From Lingula anatina (Eukaryota; Animalia; Brachiopoda), in the NCBI GenBank assembly GCA_051362555.1, contig CM120647.1:2046001-2110000 (forward strand): a DNA stretch of 64,000 bases, written 5' to 3'. A model generated the notes under the pieces. It was given only the letters and a program-made list of their open reading frames with translations, was not told where the DNA came from and made no database searches. A program made the position numbers and the translations under genes. Positions 13,301-28,840 of the stretch are shown piece by piece; position 1 is the first letter of the stretch, and every line of letters starts with the position of its first letter.

Positions 13301-16300
13301 TCAGGTGTCACCGTGGAAACCAGTGCCAAAGAGAGGCTGCAGCAGATGATTCAGCAACACAGGGCCGCAGTTGCCGCCGCAGCAGGAACACAGCAGAGCA
13401 TTCCGCTGGGGCGGAGTTTGTCCAGTCAGGGAAATGAAGTTATGTCAGGTCACAAGCCTGGAAACGACACTTTGACTGGTCAAAGGTCAGAGGTAAAGCT
13501 TACAAACTCTAACAACCCATCTCTGTCCACCCGCGTGGTCATGACAGAGAGGCAGTACTATGACATTGTGAACCCTGGAAAACCTTCACCCCAGACTGTC
13601 TTGGCAAATGCACTGCCATCTGGTGAAGGTCTGGAGATGCAGTATAATGTGTATATCCCACAGAGTGCAGGTGGGACAAATTATCAGAAAATTGAAAAAA
13701 CTTTTTTGAAATATGAGAATGACTCTGTGAACAGTATGGGGAACTCTGAACATTTAATAAGTCAGCCCACTGCTGCAGGAGGACTTGACAGTGGGGAGAA
13801 AGCTGCCGAGAAATTGCTCACAAGTTCAGTGGAAACATTACCAGATAAAACTGTGAAAGTCACAATTCAAGTTGCTCAAAAACCAGGAAGTGGGGGGAGT
13901 GGCAGAAGCACACCCAACACAATCAGGCAGGACTCCTCTAACACAATCAGACAAGACTCCAGTTCTTCATTACCAGAGTCCAATCTTGACACCACATATG
14001 CTGTGTCAGAGTCTCAGATCACAGAGATCCTGCCTGCAGCCAGTAAGGACCCTAAAGCTTCAAGGCCGGTGGACCACAAAAACATGACCCCTGAAATGCT
14101 CAGCGAGCGAATTACTCAGCTTATGGCTGCCAATCAGGAGATTGTTAACCAACCAATGGTGGAAGGGCCACGCCCAAAGATATCCCGACAAAATAGTGTG
14201 TCTAAAAGTGGGGGGTCCACCCCCCTGGGGTCTAGTTCCCCCAGGGTGTTACAGCTGCAGGGAGGGGCTCATCCTCTCTCAGTGTCTACTTCCAGTCAGA
14301 TGGCTGGGGCGGGCTCCCCCAGGGTGGTCCACATACAGCCAGGGACACACCCCCTGAGTCTAAATACACCAACTCACATTCCACCTTCCTCAAACGGCAC
14401 CACAGCACCCAGTGCCCCAATAGTTAAACCTCCCACTGGAAACCCTCCCCAAACCCTGGAACCACATCATTTTTTAGGGGTGGGCGGGGCCTTGGGGCGA
14501 CCTCCGGACAAACTGGGTCAACCTGACCCTCAAGGCAAGCATTCTCATGGAGTGCCCAGTTTGCTGGATCCTCAACAGATACAGCAGAACCTCCTCCAGA
14601 CTATGGAGACTGCAGGCAGGAGTGGCGCTGAGACACACACATCTGATGTTCTCTCCACAACGCCACAGGAGATCAAAATTCAGATTAAACTGGGGAAATC
14701 TGTGGTATCCTGCCAATCAGGAGGGGGTGTGGCATCAACCAGCCAATCAGGAGGAGGCGTGGTGTCAGCTAACCAATCAGAAGGGACCAATGTAGTGATT
14801 AGTCAGGTGGGAGGACGGCTGTCTTCATTATCCGAGTGTCAATCAACAGTTCTTCCTTCTGCGAGTGTGTATTTAACCAAGCAGGCAGCAGGATCCCCAT
14901 CTCTCCTAAGCTCAATGATAGCTCAGCCAGGATTGGTCACTCCTGCTCTGTTACAGACAGCCAAGAGTGCACTAGGACAAGGTCAAGGTCAAAATATGAA
15001 TACTGAAGCCCAAGGTCATTTCATGGCTGAATCGTGTCAAAGTCAAGTGATGACCCAGATTCAGGTTACTCCAGATTCACTAAGGAAAGGTCAGATGACA
15101 AAACCACAAGTTATATGCCCCAGCCATGTTCAAGGTCATGTGTCAGAGCAGCATCACCCAGTTTCAGTCGCTGTCAGTGTGAGTTCTTCTAATAATTCTG
15201 ACTCTGTAGTCACCAGTGGTGGTGGTGGTGGTGGTGGTGTTATGAGTCCAGACCCTTCACAGGGGAGTGTTATCAAGGACCTTCTTCTCAAGGGCAGGAA
15301 CACGGCGGCCCATTGGGTGGCGTCCAGCATACGGCAGAGTGGTACCACAGTGCCAGTCCAGCCATTGGGGGAGGACGTGACCAGCAGTGGAGTACACACC
15401 CCTCTGGACAGCTTTGGGCCCTATCACTGCACAGGCTGCAACACTTCATTCCGTAAGCCAGAGACCCTGGCCATGCACCGAGGCAACTACTGCACAGGTG
15501 CCAGCATGCCCCAAGATGGCGGCATTCCTGGGAGCATGGGACTTGTGAGTTTGGGAGAACAAGGGAGAGATGCCACTCTTGCCTCTGAACAGAGGGTGGC
15601 CAGAGAAAGGGCAATAATTCAACGGTTTTTTCCAGAAATTACTCCAACTCAGGGCATCGTACCCCCTGTGTCTACCTCGGCACCTGCAGCATCAGCCACC
15701 AGTACCACAGCAGTGCCATCTGGTGAGGATTCTGGTGTTGCCGATGGAAGTGCACCCAGGAAAAAGGGAAGACCTAAAGGTTCTAAGAATAAACCAAAGG
15801 ACAAGGATGGAAATAAAATAAATGGGCCATTACAGATATCAGTGGCTCCCTCTAGTGGCGGGTGTGGTGTGAATCTGATTGGGCAGTCCTATGTTCAAGG
15901 TGAAGGTCAGGGATGTGTTATAAAGTCGGTGGACACTACAGGTGTCACAGCTACAATAGCGCGCCAGGATTCCAAAGAAGGGACACGTCCTCCGCCGCTT
16001 AATATAGCACTGGCACAGGTTGCAAGGGATGCTGGGATAGCAAGTAACACAAGCTCTCCTGTTACACCCAACACGGGAGAAGGGACTCCACAAGCTCTGT
16101 GGAAGCTTAGGTTGAAGGGAAAACTTTTAATGCGAAGGTCGATGAGTGTTGAAAGAATGCTATCACAAGAAGGTGATAAAAGTGCCAATAATACTCCAAC
16201 ACCAACCAAAGTTGTCAGTACCTTGACATGTCCACTGCCACCTGAGGCACCAAAGATACATGCAGTGTCATCTTTAATGGGACATGGTTCAAAAACCCTT

Positions 16301-19300
16301 CCATTGTCATTTTCTTCTGATTCAGTAACTTCAGATGGTAACAAGGGCAATACTAGTGACAATACAAGATTAACTAAGGTCATAGAACATAGCCGCAGTA
16401 AACATTGCCCAGGGACTGACAGCAGAGATGATTCTATTACAGACTCCATTCTGGTCAGTGCAGGTCCACTGTCTTCACAGAGACGGAGACTGAACAGTGT
16501 GTCCCAGGTGGCCAGTCCCATGATTCCTCTGGCTCAGGCAGGGCTCATGCCCCTCCGTGCTGGACGGTTAGTACAGGGCGGTGAGAGCACTTCTGTGAGA
16601 TCTGTCTCTTCATCTCCTAACATGAGTTCTTTAAACATTGCGACAAATAGCGGCAACCAGTTGTCGTTTCCTGCACTTCCTCTAACGACGCCTGTGGCTC
16701 ATCCCCCATTGCTACCCCAAGCTATGATGATGCCGCCTATAGGCCGTGCACGATGGCGCCCTGATTCAGCAACAGCAGAATTACATTCTCTGTCTCCAGG
16801 AGCCGCTGCAGGTCAGAGGTCACAGGTGACAGGTCAGAAGTCACCAATTACAGGTCAAAGGTCACCTGTGAAGATTTCTAACGCGGGCACCCCAGTTACT
16901 CCTACTACCCCAGTGACAGGTCAGATGTCACCAGTAGAGGGCACCACATCAGGTCAGAGGTCAGTGATAAGGTCACCAACAGAGGGCACCTGTGGAGAAG
17001 ACAGCCCCAAGAAGTCATCTCCACAGGCTGCTAACTTACTTCTTGTGTTACTGGGTCACAGTTACCCCAGTCTGCGGGCAGACACACACACCAGCTTCTG
17101 CTGCGTACAGCGACCACAACCAATGTACGTGAAACAGGGACATAAGAAAATATCCATGTATTCCAACTGGCAGACGGCCTCCATCAATCCTATCCCTGCA
17201 GGCCTCACTACTGCTCAAATGCTTGCTTTATATGACTCACGTCAGTGGATTATCTCCACTCCGACTTTCATGATATCTGCACTGTCAGAACCAAAGAAGG
17301 GGTTGCTAACACATTCCAGTTACTGGAACTTCTACAGCAAGCAGAGAGAGGAGATGACACAACAGGTGGAGACACTGTCACAGCACAGTCAACTGACTCC
17401 ACAAACCGTGGATCCACATAAAACTCAGCCTGAAAACCAGGGGGAGACACTTCAGCAAGATAAGCTGGTAAAGGCTGTGACTACTGAAACGTCTGTGAAG
17501 AGAAATGGAGATTTTGACACTGGCAGAGATTCCACTGGCGATACAGTTGAAATTAAGATGGAGGTCACTACACCTGTCAAATCAGAGACTTCAGAGTCCT
17601 CATCACAAAGCCTCAGTAGTGGACATTCTGGCCATTCTGGTGACCTTGACATGACCCTGACCCCTGCTAGCTCCAACAAGTCATTCACTGGCGGCTACGT
17701 GTCCAAGGAGGAGTATGTGTACATCAGGGGGAGAGGCAGAGGGAAATATGTGTGCGAAGAGTGCGGAATTCGCTGCAAGAAACCCAGCATGCTGAAGAAG
17801 CATATTCGGACGCACACAGATTTCCGTCCCTATCACTGCCGCCATTGCAACTTCTCGTTCAAGACCAAGGGGAACCTGACCAAACACATGAAGTCTAAGA
17901 CACACCATAAGAAGTGCATGGAGCTGGGCATTGTCCCTGTCCCCGTCACCGTGGACGACTCCCAGATTGACCCCAGGGCACTGGCCAAACAGATTGAGGT
18001 CAGTAACAGTTTCCTTATACAACATAGTACTAATCTAAAGACAAAATATATTAAGTCTCACACTGGACACTTATGTTTTTTAAATGAATTTTTCCTTTTG
18101 AACAACACATCTAGGTGAATTGTAATTTACATTTTGATGTAGCTCTATGTCCATATCACAGTGTATTGTACTCTCAAGGGTCCTGTGCAAAGGATTTCTT
18201 AAGTCACCATTATGCCCCCATATTGCAGACTCTAGAGACCTTTACCACTCTTTAATGTAAAGTCTTAAAATAATCACAACTTGAACCTGCTAGGTTTTAG
18301 GGCCAGTTAGTGCATTTGTGTGGGTGTGGCACTCATAAAAATGTTAGGAAAATTAAGGTGAAATATCTCCTTGATGAAAACATGGAAAAAGTTACTGAAG
18401 AAGTCCGATCTGAAATCATTTGTGGAGGTTTTCATTTTCCTTGGATATATCCTTTGACCCATTTTTCAGAGTCTATTGGGGGATTTGATTTCAAGTTTAG
18501 GGTTAGCAATTTTGCTCCAGCTTTGTTTCCTAAAGGTCATGAAACTATGCACTTAGTCCTTTATTGTGATGTTACCTAAATTGAAAACTCTTTAGAACTC
18601 AAAACTGAACTAAGGGAAATGTGTTTTTGCTGAAAACTTTTGGATCACGAAGAACAAAAAAAGACCACATGTTCATTTTTTTTTTAATTTTTCAGATTTC
18701 CAAAGAAAGTAAAATCATTGAAGAGGAGAATGGTTCAGATGAGGACGGTACAGACAATGACGAGGATGATGAGAGTGACGAGGAGGAGGAAGACGAGGAC
18801 TCCAGTGACTGCGATGGTCTCCTCATTGATGAGGAGCGTGAGGATGAGGATGTGCGAGGAAGACAGCATGAGAGGAAGATTGGAGTAGTGAAGAGGCCAC
18901 GGAAGAGAGTGGAATCTGAGAGCAGTGTTGGGAGTATGCCCAAGTGAGTATCAGTGTGTATTACACAGGGGGGGGGGGGGGGGATATTCAGGATTATACA
19001 GTGCCCGATTTCAGGATTTTCATTCTTCATTTTGACCTTTTTTTAAAAGTCTACATGCCATGAGGAATTGCAAATGTGTGTGTTCAGGATTTTCAGTTTT
19101 TACAAATTTCACCCATGGTATTGATTGTATGGTTATTCACACTTCATTGAACCTACCCTGTCCTGCTGTGCCGTGTATCATGGTCACTTATACATGTACA
19201 TATGCAGATGTATACATTCATGTGACCCCCCTCTTTCTCACTGATGAGGAAATTTGAGGTTTTTAAATCCTTTTCAATGGATTTCAAACTATTTAGGGAG

Positions 19301-20829
19301 AAAAGGATTCATGCCGTCTTTCTCAGCTTTTCAGGCTAAACTAAGTTCATAGTCTTTTACGGGGTCAGATTTGAAAATACTTTCTGACAGTCTTCCAAAT
19401 TATCTTTGTTGACCCATCCTCCAATTTTGATTGTCTTTTAACAGATTGAATTAGATGCCCATCAATGTAAACTTAAAAATTCTGCCTGTCTTCTGGAAGA
19501 CCCAGAAGACTGTCTGCCACGGTTTTATCAACTTCTCTCTTTTATCAAAATCCTTGGGTAGTTTCCCTTTCTTTTTGAGTAAATTAACAACAAGATTAAA
19601 ACTTAAGGTGCATAGACTATGTCCTGACTAAAATAATGAATGACAAATAAAAGTATTAGAAAGACAATTTGGAAAGGTACCACACTCATATACCTGTAGA
19701 GATGTACATAGATTGCTTGTGCATTCTGGCACAGTGAAAGAACAAACCAAAGACCAGAGAGAGAAGTACCAGATATCCCACTCCCCCCAGACATCTTAGG
19801 TCATCATGTCCATGGCATAATTGGTCTTTAGGGTGAGATAAGTGAAAAGAAAGAGATAACAGGAGTGGTGTCTGTTGTAATGTCCAGATAATGACCAGTA
19901 GCTGTGGACTATCTGCTGACCACACAGGTGCCACCATGATTGAACTGGGAAGACAGGAGACATAGAGACTGGACAACTTGGGGTCAGGTGGGGTGCGGGG
20001 GGGGGGGGGGGGCTACCTGGTAAAATCAGGGAATAGACATAAACTGCTGTAGAGGCTCTTTTCCTACTCACCAGGCTGGTGAACACCAGAAGGCAGCATT
20101 TAAAAAATGGACAGTGTCAGTTTGTATTTTTACTGCATACCTTGTCTTTAGATTAGGAAGCCAGATTTGTGGGAGAAGGGGGGGGGGGAGAGAGGGGGGT
20201 GCTGTCCATTGATGCCTGATACAGGGACGGTAGATACCCCTAGAGTTATTTATCTGACACACTTAAATTTATTTTTAAAAAAGTATTTTATTTACATCTG
20301 TAGGTACTTGGAGATTGATAGACATTTTTCAATGTTTTGATAAACATTTTACGATAAATTAGCACATATTTATTTATTTATTTATTAACTGTCATTTTTA
20401 GATAAATCAAAATCAGAATATCTTAATTCCATCATATCAAAGTATTGGAATAATGAAAATGTTTTAAATCTGTGGACCAAACTCTACTAACCACCGAGCA
20501 CAGACAGTCGTCTGCCTCATGGCAGTGAGGGAGGCAGAAGTAATGATCTTAAGGAGCTAGGTGCCCAATTATGTCCCTGCCATTCCATTATCACCCCTCT
20601 ATCAGTTATTAGTTAACAAGGATAATGAGCTGTTTCCCATTGCATGTGATGATTATTTAATTATGACATATAGAAACACAGGAAGGCCACGGTGTGAGAG
20701 AGGGCTGTCTGGAATTATTATTATCTGGAGATTAGATGATCCACTGGCTTGAACAGAGAGACAGGGAGAGAGAGAATGCTAGAGAGAGGGAGGGAGAGAG
20801 AGAGCTAGAGAGTGCTAGAGAGAACATGC

Positions 20830-20874
<45 letters not shown>

Positions 20875-23800
20875 GGGGAGAGAGAGAGAGAGAGAGTGCG
20901 AGAGAGAGAGAGAGAGAGAGAGTACCAGCAAAAAGAGAGATAGGTCAGTGTATGTGTCATGTTTTAACCCGTGAAGCTGACCTGCAGAAGTAAAGAAATC
21001 ATCTATGGATAGTAAAAACATTTGTTTTGATAAGAAAAAGAATCTTCGGAAAATATAAGGAAGATATAAGATCAAAGAAATATATAAAAAAGGAAACAAC
21101 ATGATGTGATCAGTAGTGAAACCTGGAAACTCAAGCAACAGGAGACTGAATAAAACCATAAAAGGATAAAAATCATTCATAAATTGTGTCCTGTGAGATA
21201 TAATAACAGTAGCTGGTTGTGCCATTGTAAACGCTCTAGTAAACAGAAGACACCACAATAAGGAACATTTAGGAAGGTAGATATTGAGTAGCTGGATTTG
21301 AAACTCTGTTCTGGTACAGTATTTATTCCATGGAGCCTGCGTATCCCAGTCCACCTGCACTATATGGGGAGTTTATGGTTTATAAGATGTCTGTGTGGAG
21401 GAGCCCCAGGTAAGCAGTGACAGGGAGGGTGAGAGGGGAGTGGAGAGAGAGAGAGAGAGGGAGACATGGGGACAAGCACTATATGGGGAGTTAATGGTGT
21501 ATAAGATGTCTGTGTGGAGGAGCCCCAGGTAAGCAGTGAGGGGGGGGGGGGAGGGGAGTGGAGAGGGAGAGAGAGGGAGACATGGGGACAAGCACTATAT
21601 GGGGAGTTAATGGTGTATAAGATGTCTGTGTGGAGGAGCCCCAGGTAAGCAGTGAGGGGGGGGGAGTGGAGAGAGAGAGAGAGGGAGACATGGGGACAAG
21701 CACTATATGGGGAGTTAATGGTGTATAAGATGTCTGTGTGGAGGAGCCCCAGGTAAGCAGTGAGGGGGGGGGGGAGTGGAGAGAGAGAGAGAGGGAGACA
21801 TGGGGACAAGCACTATATGGGGAGTTAATAGTTTATAAGATGTCTGTGTGGAGGAGCCCAAGGTAAGCAGTGGGAGAGAGAGAGAGAGAGAGAGAGAGGG
21901 TGAGGAAACGAGTGACGTGGGGACAAGGGTAGGTGCCACCAGGTGCTGTGTTGTGATTTAGAGATTAAAGGGATGACAGATCTCAACTTCATATAAGATT
22001 CAAAATTCCACAATGAATACATTGTAAACAACAGACATTTTACGACCAAAACAGCAGTTACTGCAATAATTCTCAAACCTGTGCTTGCCATTGGAGCATA
22101 TGCCGACTTTCATAAATGGCTAAACTCTGTAATAATCTCTTAAAAGATTATTAAGAAAAAATTACAATAAAAAAAAAAAAGAAACAATCGACTAACTGTG
22201 ATTATAGGAATAGATTTACTTAATGTTGGTTAGCATCGGAACATCATCAACTACCCCAGGAAAATTTGTTTTATGGCAGTTTTCCTACCAAAATGAAGAG
22301 TTGTCATCCCTTTTTAATGTTAGCTGAATTTTCAATAATGATGTGGTTTAGTTCAAACATTGACTTCCTTTTTTCATTCCAAGGTGTTGCCCTCTACCAG
22401 GGCCATAGTTTGATTTTTCAATATAGATATTTAGAGATTTGTCTCTGGCCAATTCTTTACATATTCCTCTTCTGTCCTAAAATATAGAGTACCAAAGTAT
22501 TAAGTGATGCACCAAACTAAGACTATTTGGGTAGATATTTAATGGTGCAATGGTCCCTCTCTGCAATGGACACTTTTTATGCAACAGTGCTAAACATGTA
22601 GAAATACTTCATTGTCAGTAGATATTTTCCTATTCATATCAACACCACTGGAATAATATAGAAACACAGCTGCCTTTGTTAAAACTATATGCAAGAAGAA
22701 TACCACAGAAGTTGTCAAAAAAAATTCTTGAACTGTGATTGATATTCCGCCGACAAGACGTGAAGTAAGAAATCAATTATCTATTCCGTCTGAAGCTGGT
22801 TCTCAGACGCCCATTACCCCTACCAGTGCCATCTATAATAGATGACACATTTAGAACCTGAATCGGCCGATTGCGTAGACACTGGCTTTGATGTGGTGGA
22901 GGCAGATTGACAGTCATAGTGTAGAGATCTTTATTGCCAAAGAATTAAAAGAAATAACTTGAAAGATGTACTACATGCAGATTGTGAACAGGAGTGTTCC
23001 TTGGAGACTTAACTGTCAAAGTTGATTTTGAATTGGATGGCTCAATATAGCAAGTTGTAGCCATACTAATAGACTAAGTGATTAATAAACCACTTATATT
23101 TAAACAGGCTCGTAGCCAGAGGGGTTTGGGGGGGGGGCTAGAAAGAACCACCCTTTTTGTCAGAAAAGGGTCCATTCTGGGTAAAATTCAATCTAGATAC
23201 ACAAAGGTTTCACTGGAAAAGGTCCACTTTTCTTCAGAAAAAGAACCCCCCTTTTGAAATTGCTGGCTACAGGCCTGTTTAAAATATACATGTGAACATA
23301 TCTAACACGAGGTCAGTGTCTGCCTGTGGAGAGGTAGGACATGGGCTTGACCCCCCTCCTGCTGCCACTCAGAACTTAAGGGTTAAAGTAGGGGTAAAGT
23401 TCCTGGTCTGGTAGTGAAAGATATTGTTGTTTGTTAGCACTGAACCCCTTATAAGCATCCAGGGTGTATTCTCCCCAGGGAGCCGAGAGGGTCAACACCC
23501 AGTGTGTACATAGATAAAAGAATGACCAGGTGTCAATCGTAAACCGTGTTGAAATATAAATAATGGAGTGTGGTATATAAGAGCCAAACTTTTATTATTA
23601 TTTTTTTATTATTATTATTTTGCTATATTATCACTTATTATCACTCTTTCCTTGAGAAAAAAGGAAATAATGACCCATACCTACACTCATTTGCCATGAT
23701 TTGGTAATCCTTTCCATGCTCATTATTTTTAATGTACTAAGTGTCAGAGAAGCAAAATGCCAAACTTGTCCATCTCCTCAGTGTACACCTGAGGTCAACA

Positions 23801-26800
23801 CACATGTTAAATGTCAAAGTACCAAGATGCTGTTCCTTCTCTTGGACATAAAATTCTCAACCTGAAAATGTAGTTGTAGAGTCCAGCCAGATTTATACAG
23901 CACTGGCGTGATCATTTCAACCAGGAAAATTTTGAATTTTACAGACACTGTCATTTTTTAAGTGAGAAATTCTTAAAATAAGAACACTCCTGTTAAGTGG
24001 TAGCAACAAAGTTGAAAAGCTGACTACCTAATAGTTCCATCCTATACCGTGGAAGCACCAAAATACGACATAAAAATATTTATTTAATGATTCCACAATT
24101 ATGTATCTGAAAAATTGATCATTTTTTCCTGGTTCATATGATTGAACAATTAGTGTATACTTCAATATTGATTTACATATGAATACTATGTCTTGTTCTT
24201 GCAGATATGTCAAGCTGTCTCCAGGAATAGCCATGAAAGTCTCCACTAGTGAATCTAAAAGGAGAAGTAGTGCTCAAAAAGCTCTGAAATTTGAGAAGTC
24301 AGAAGATGAGGGCAGCAGCCATTCAAGGTACATTGTGTGTGCAATCAGCTGGTTCCCTCCTCAGCTCGTGCTGTGGGCTGTTTGATGATTTTCAGTCTTC
24401 TTTCCCTTGGATTACTGCATAATCAGCATTTGTAATTAATTTTTTTTTTTTTTGCTTTTCTTTTTGGATGATTCCAAAAATTTCTATGGTAAAAGTATGT
24501 TTCCAAAAGTCATGCAAGGATATTGATATGTTTGATCTGTAAAAATAATTAAAAAATTGAAACATGAAAGTATTATTTTCTGACAAACAATAGATGTCAA
24601 AGCAATACTGTATGATAAATGTTTGTTCTATTAGGTTGGGAACAGTGTATGGCTTCCATCGTCAGCCGTCTGTTGTACGCCCTGAAAACACTGGAGACAA
24701 ATCAACAGGTGAGTCACATCCAACATATTTATCTTAACTAATTCCATAGTTCAGTGTAGAGTCTACCAGACACTTACTTTGAAGATTGGCTCTGTATTTT
24801 ACCTGGCCAGTGATGTACTAGCTGCTACTAACAATTATTTGCTTGAATACATTTGTCTTATTTACTGTATTTATCATAGTTTTGAAACAACTTGCTTCTC
24901 CAAATTAAATAATATTTAATGTTTTTGATGTGTTGACTTTAGTGATTCCCACGATAGCATTTTTTTCAGACAGAACCAACATATATTATGGCAATTTTTA
25001 AATCCACTCTTTTAAGATTTTTAAAACCTCTCTTTAAAGATTCCCTGTCAAAATATATTTTGGTAGATCTGATGTCTGATGTAGTTTTGTTGAAATTAAT
25101 TGAAGAATTACTGTTTTCCATATGTATTCTGTGTATTGCAATGATGTAAAATGCCTGAGATGTTGTATTTCCTCTCAGACCCTGGGACTGGGCAGAGGAC
25201 AGACATTGATGCAGAGGTTGCCAAGAGCTTGCTGGACCTGTCCAATCAGGGGTCAGTGTCCAGAGTGGTCCATGTCCAGGGAAATCACCAGGGAGTGGGG
25301 GCAGAGAGTGACCTCAGGGTGTCGCAGAGTGACCTCACAGCATCGCAGAGTGACCTCACGGCGTCGCAGAGTGAACAAAATGTGCCAGAAGTTGACACTG
25401 ACAACAGACAAGGTATGGTGATTTTATTAGCCCTAATTATTTTGAAAATATTGCCCCTCCCAAAAAAAAAAAAAGAAAAAGAGAGAGAGAGGGAATGTTT
25501 ATTATTACTTAAACAAATATCTTAACGTAGGATCTATAATTGCTAACATAATGGTTCCACAAGATTTTAAAAATTAACTGTCATTATTGGACAAAGTAGG
25601 CAACAAATTTCAAGATTTCCAAAGTGGAAAATTGTTCTTCTCCAAGCTTATTTAATATTAAGATAACAGAAGATCATGGAATTTTATTCTAATTAACTTC
25701 ATGAAAAAAAAACTACCACTTGATAAGACATAATTTTCTTATATGGTGGAGGCACCCAATTTCCTTCATTATCAACTAAAAATAAAATATAGACAAAGAT
25801 ATTGGAAGTTTCTCCATATTTGTTCCTTGATTTACTAGACCCAAGCTACCAGTATCCGTATGCATTATTCACAAGGTTCCTGTATTTATTAAAATTCTTG
25901 CCACTTTCGGCACAGTTGTTCTAGCTAGAGAGATAAACTAGAGACGGCACTAATTGCCCTCGGTATTAGCACTAGTCTTGGCAGCATAGTCGCCAGTGTT
26001 TTGGCTCCAGTGTTAAGGCCAGAAGAACTTATATTTCCCCAATAGCTGGCTAGGTCCCCCGCGGCATGTTAAGGAGATTTACGGGAAATGTTATCAAGCC
26101 GTGAGCACAGCAGTGCCAGTGCGTAGCATGTGGCAACTGAACTTTACATTGACCTGACACTTTATGTATGAGCAGGGAAGAAGGGACAGGAGAAATTGAT
26201 CACTTTGGCTAGGATATTTTAAAAAAAAACTGAATGACTGAATGATTTTTGTATTATTTTGTATGTGGCTGGTGGCTATTGTGGTGGCAGCCTTGACATA
26301 TGTGGAGAAAATAGAAGGTCGAACTACTGTTCCCAATACAAGACAATTAACAAAACCTTAAGAACTGAATATTGTTCCGAATCTTGACCATGTTTCCTTA
26401 TTACTACCCAGCTGACCGTCTGTGTGGACGCAGTGGTGCCGTCAGTCTGCAGCTGTCCCATGCCTCCTCCTCACAGCCCGCGCCCCAGGGGGCCGCCATG
26501 GTGGACACGTATCGTATACGCGCCATTCACCAATATGACGGGGAGAGGTCGTTTATGACAACATCGGAGGGAGGAGTGGTGGAGAGACGACGGAGGGGAC
26601 AGAAGAGAAAGGATCTAGAGGGTGTCGGTGGGAGTCCACAGAAGGTAGTTATGATGATTATTTAAAAAATTCAAAGTAGTCATGTTTTATGAATGGTACA
26701 GATACTGTATTTTTCTTTCAAGGTACAGATTTCTAAAATTAAAACATTATCATAGAGAGGTATCAGCCAAACTGAAAAGCAGGCTTTAGTTTTATACAGC

Positions 26801-27440
26801 AAAAACATTACAAATGCTACTAGTGTTTAAAAATATATCATATTTAGCAATTTGAAAATTTTGATTTGATTTGAATGACTTTATTGAGTACAAAATTATA
26901 TACAAGAACTTAAAAGATCATAATTAAAGCAACTATGTACATCACTTTAAAAAATGGAAAAATTAGTACGACATCACTTTAAAAAATGGAAAAATTAAAA
27001 TTTTACCCAAAAGGTTTTGCCTAAAGGGTCAAAGACCCATGAATGGGCACCCCCCCCCCCCCTCCCCAAAATAAAAATATACAAAAAGTAAAAAAAAAAT
27101 CTACATTAGAACTAAAAATGACAATTTTATATCTGAAAGATTGATAATTTTCACCCAATGAACCATTTTGAATCATAATAATATTTCCCAGAGAGGTGAG
27201 ATTTTATTAGGATTAAACAGACCCATGAAGACCTTATATCAACTGTAAAACAGTTTCATTAGCCATGTTATTGTAATAGACCAGTGAAGATTCTTTTTTC
27301 TATAGCTACTTATATCTGTAATATCTGATGAAGTCTGACTGCAAGCAGACCAAATATTGGCTGATAAGACCAGACAAATAAAAGTAGCTATAGAAAAAAG
27401 AATCTTCACACAAGTCTATTAAAACTGGATGTGCTCTTAC

Positions 27441-27488
<48 letters not shown>

Positions 27489-28808
27489 CAAAGTATCTGT
27501 TTAATTCATTTAGGAAAAGTGCTCTACCCATGGTGATAACTGGGGAGCTGACATAGAAAGAGAAAAATATATTGAGGCTATCAACCTATAAAAGTTTGAT
27601 TCTTAGCTGTCTATGATAACTGTATTGAAAATGTTCCCAGTCCTGTGCCTGTGATCTCTGCCTAGCTCAACAAACCTCCATTTCTTCAATGTAACACAAG
27701 TCACAACCAAGTATTTTATTTAAAATTCATATTTGACTATCACAGTCTTAAGTCTTGCACTGTTTAAAGGCATTCCAATTCTATTTAATAGACCTATATG
27801 CTAGGGCAGGTTCCTCTGCCTAGAACAGGTTCTGATAGCTGTCAAAAATTTGGTTGTTCTTTAGCCGGGGGAACTTTCTCAAAGTTACACTCGGCTATCT
27901 GTAAAGCGGATATGAGCGCACTTGTGTACAAATTCTTAGGTTTCATAGAACAGTCTCATTCAAATAATCCAGTTTTGACAACAGAAAGAAGCATAAACAT
28001 TCAGTCACAAAATGCTAGAAGGATGGTTGGAATAGTGTGCTCAGTGTTTATCATTTAATTTAAAAATGATAAATTTGAGTGGTTTGATGTTTCAGGAAAT
28101 TCCGAGATTAAATTGATCAATTTTAAAACTGATTAGCATCACAGAAGAGAATTTCAACCTTAAAATGCTAAGGTGTTGACCATCATAGCTTCTGTAGCAC
28201 TGAACTAGAAATATTAATAATTCTGGATCTTTTTTTCAAAAAAGTTATAAAAATAAATTAATTAATTAATTAATTAAGCAACCACATTTTCATATAAAAC
28301 AAATTACAAGAAAGACAAGATACGCCAAATAGAAATAACTCTTCTTTTAAGTTATCATTTGATTTAATTTAGTAGATTTCACCAGGTAACCTGTACCATT
28401 CTATTGTACCAGTAGACTGAAGTACAGGTATAATGACACAGATCAAATAGCAAGGTAAAAGTACATACACCAGGAGTAGAACAACAAAGAGAGAGAATAA
28501 AAAAATTAGATTTAGTTTTTTTTTTTCTATTTTCTATGGGTATACCATCTCTGTGTTAACTATGGATAGAATTGCAGGACAAAATATAGTAGATAATTTG
28601 TATATAAATAAATATGTTACACTTTATTTAAAAAGAACTCCAAGTGAAACCCATCCAGTAAGTCAGTAAGTGATACATTTTTCTAAGAAAAATTCTGGAA
28701 ATGAAACTGTAATGTATTTAGTTAAAATGACTTCTTATTATTTAATAACCTTCTGGCATTGCGTAGCATTCAGAAAGGTTAAATTGGTAAGCCAAATCCG
28801 GCAGCCTG

Positions 28809-28840
<32 letters not shown>

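Noticed and set aside
13078-18025. Antisense and alternate-frame ORFs within the giant exon
   Set aside because: Expected shadows of a long GC-balanced coding exon; no recognisable domains.
19735-19799. Additional Schnurri exon ([21 protein letters not shown])
   Set aside because: Weak donor GTCATC and an end phase incompatible with the next exon.
20736-21939. ERER/SLSL and repeated [10 protein letters not shown] ORFs
   Set aside because: Products of (GA)n and the 108-120 bp minisatellite.
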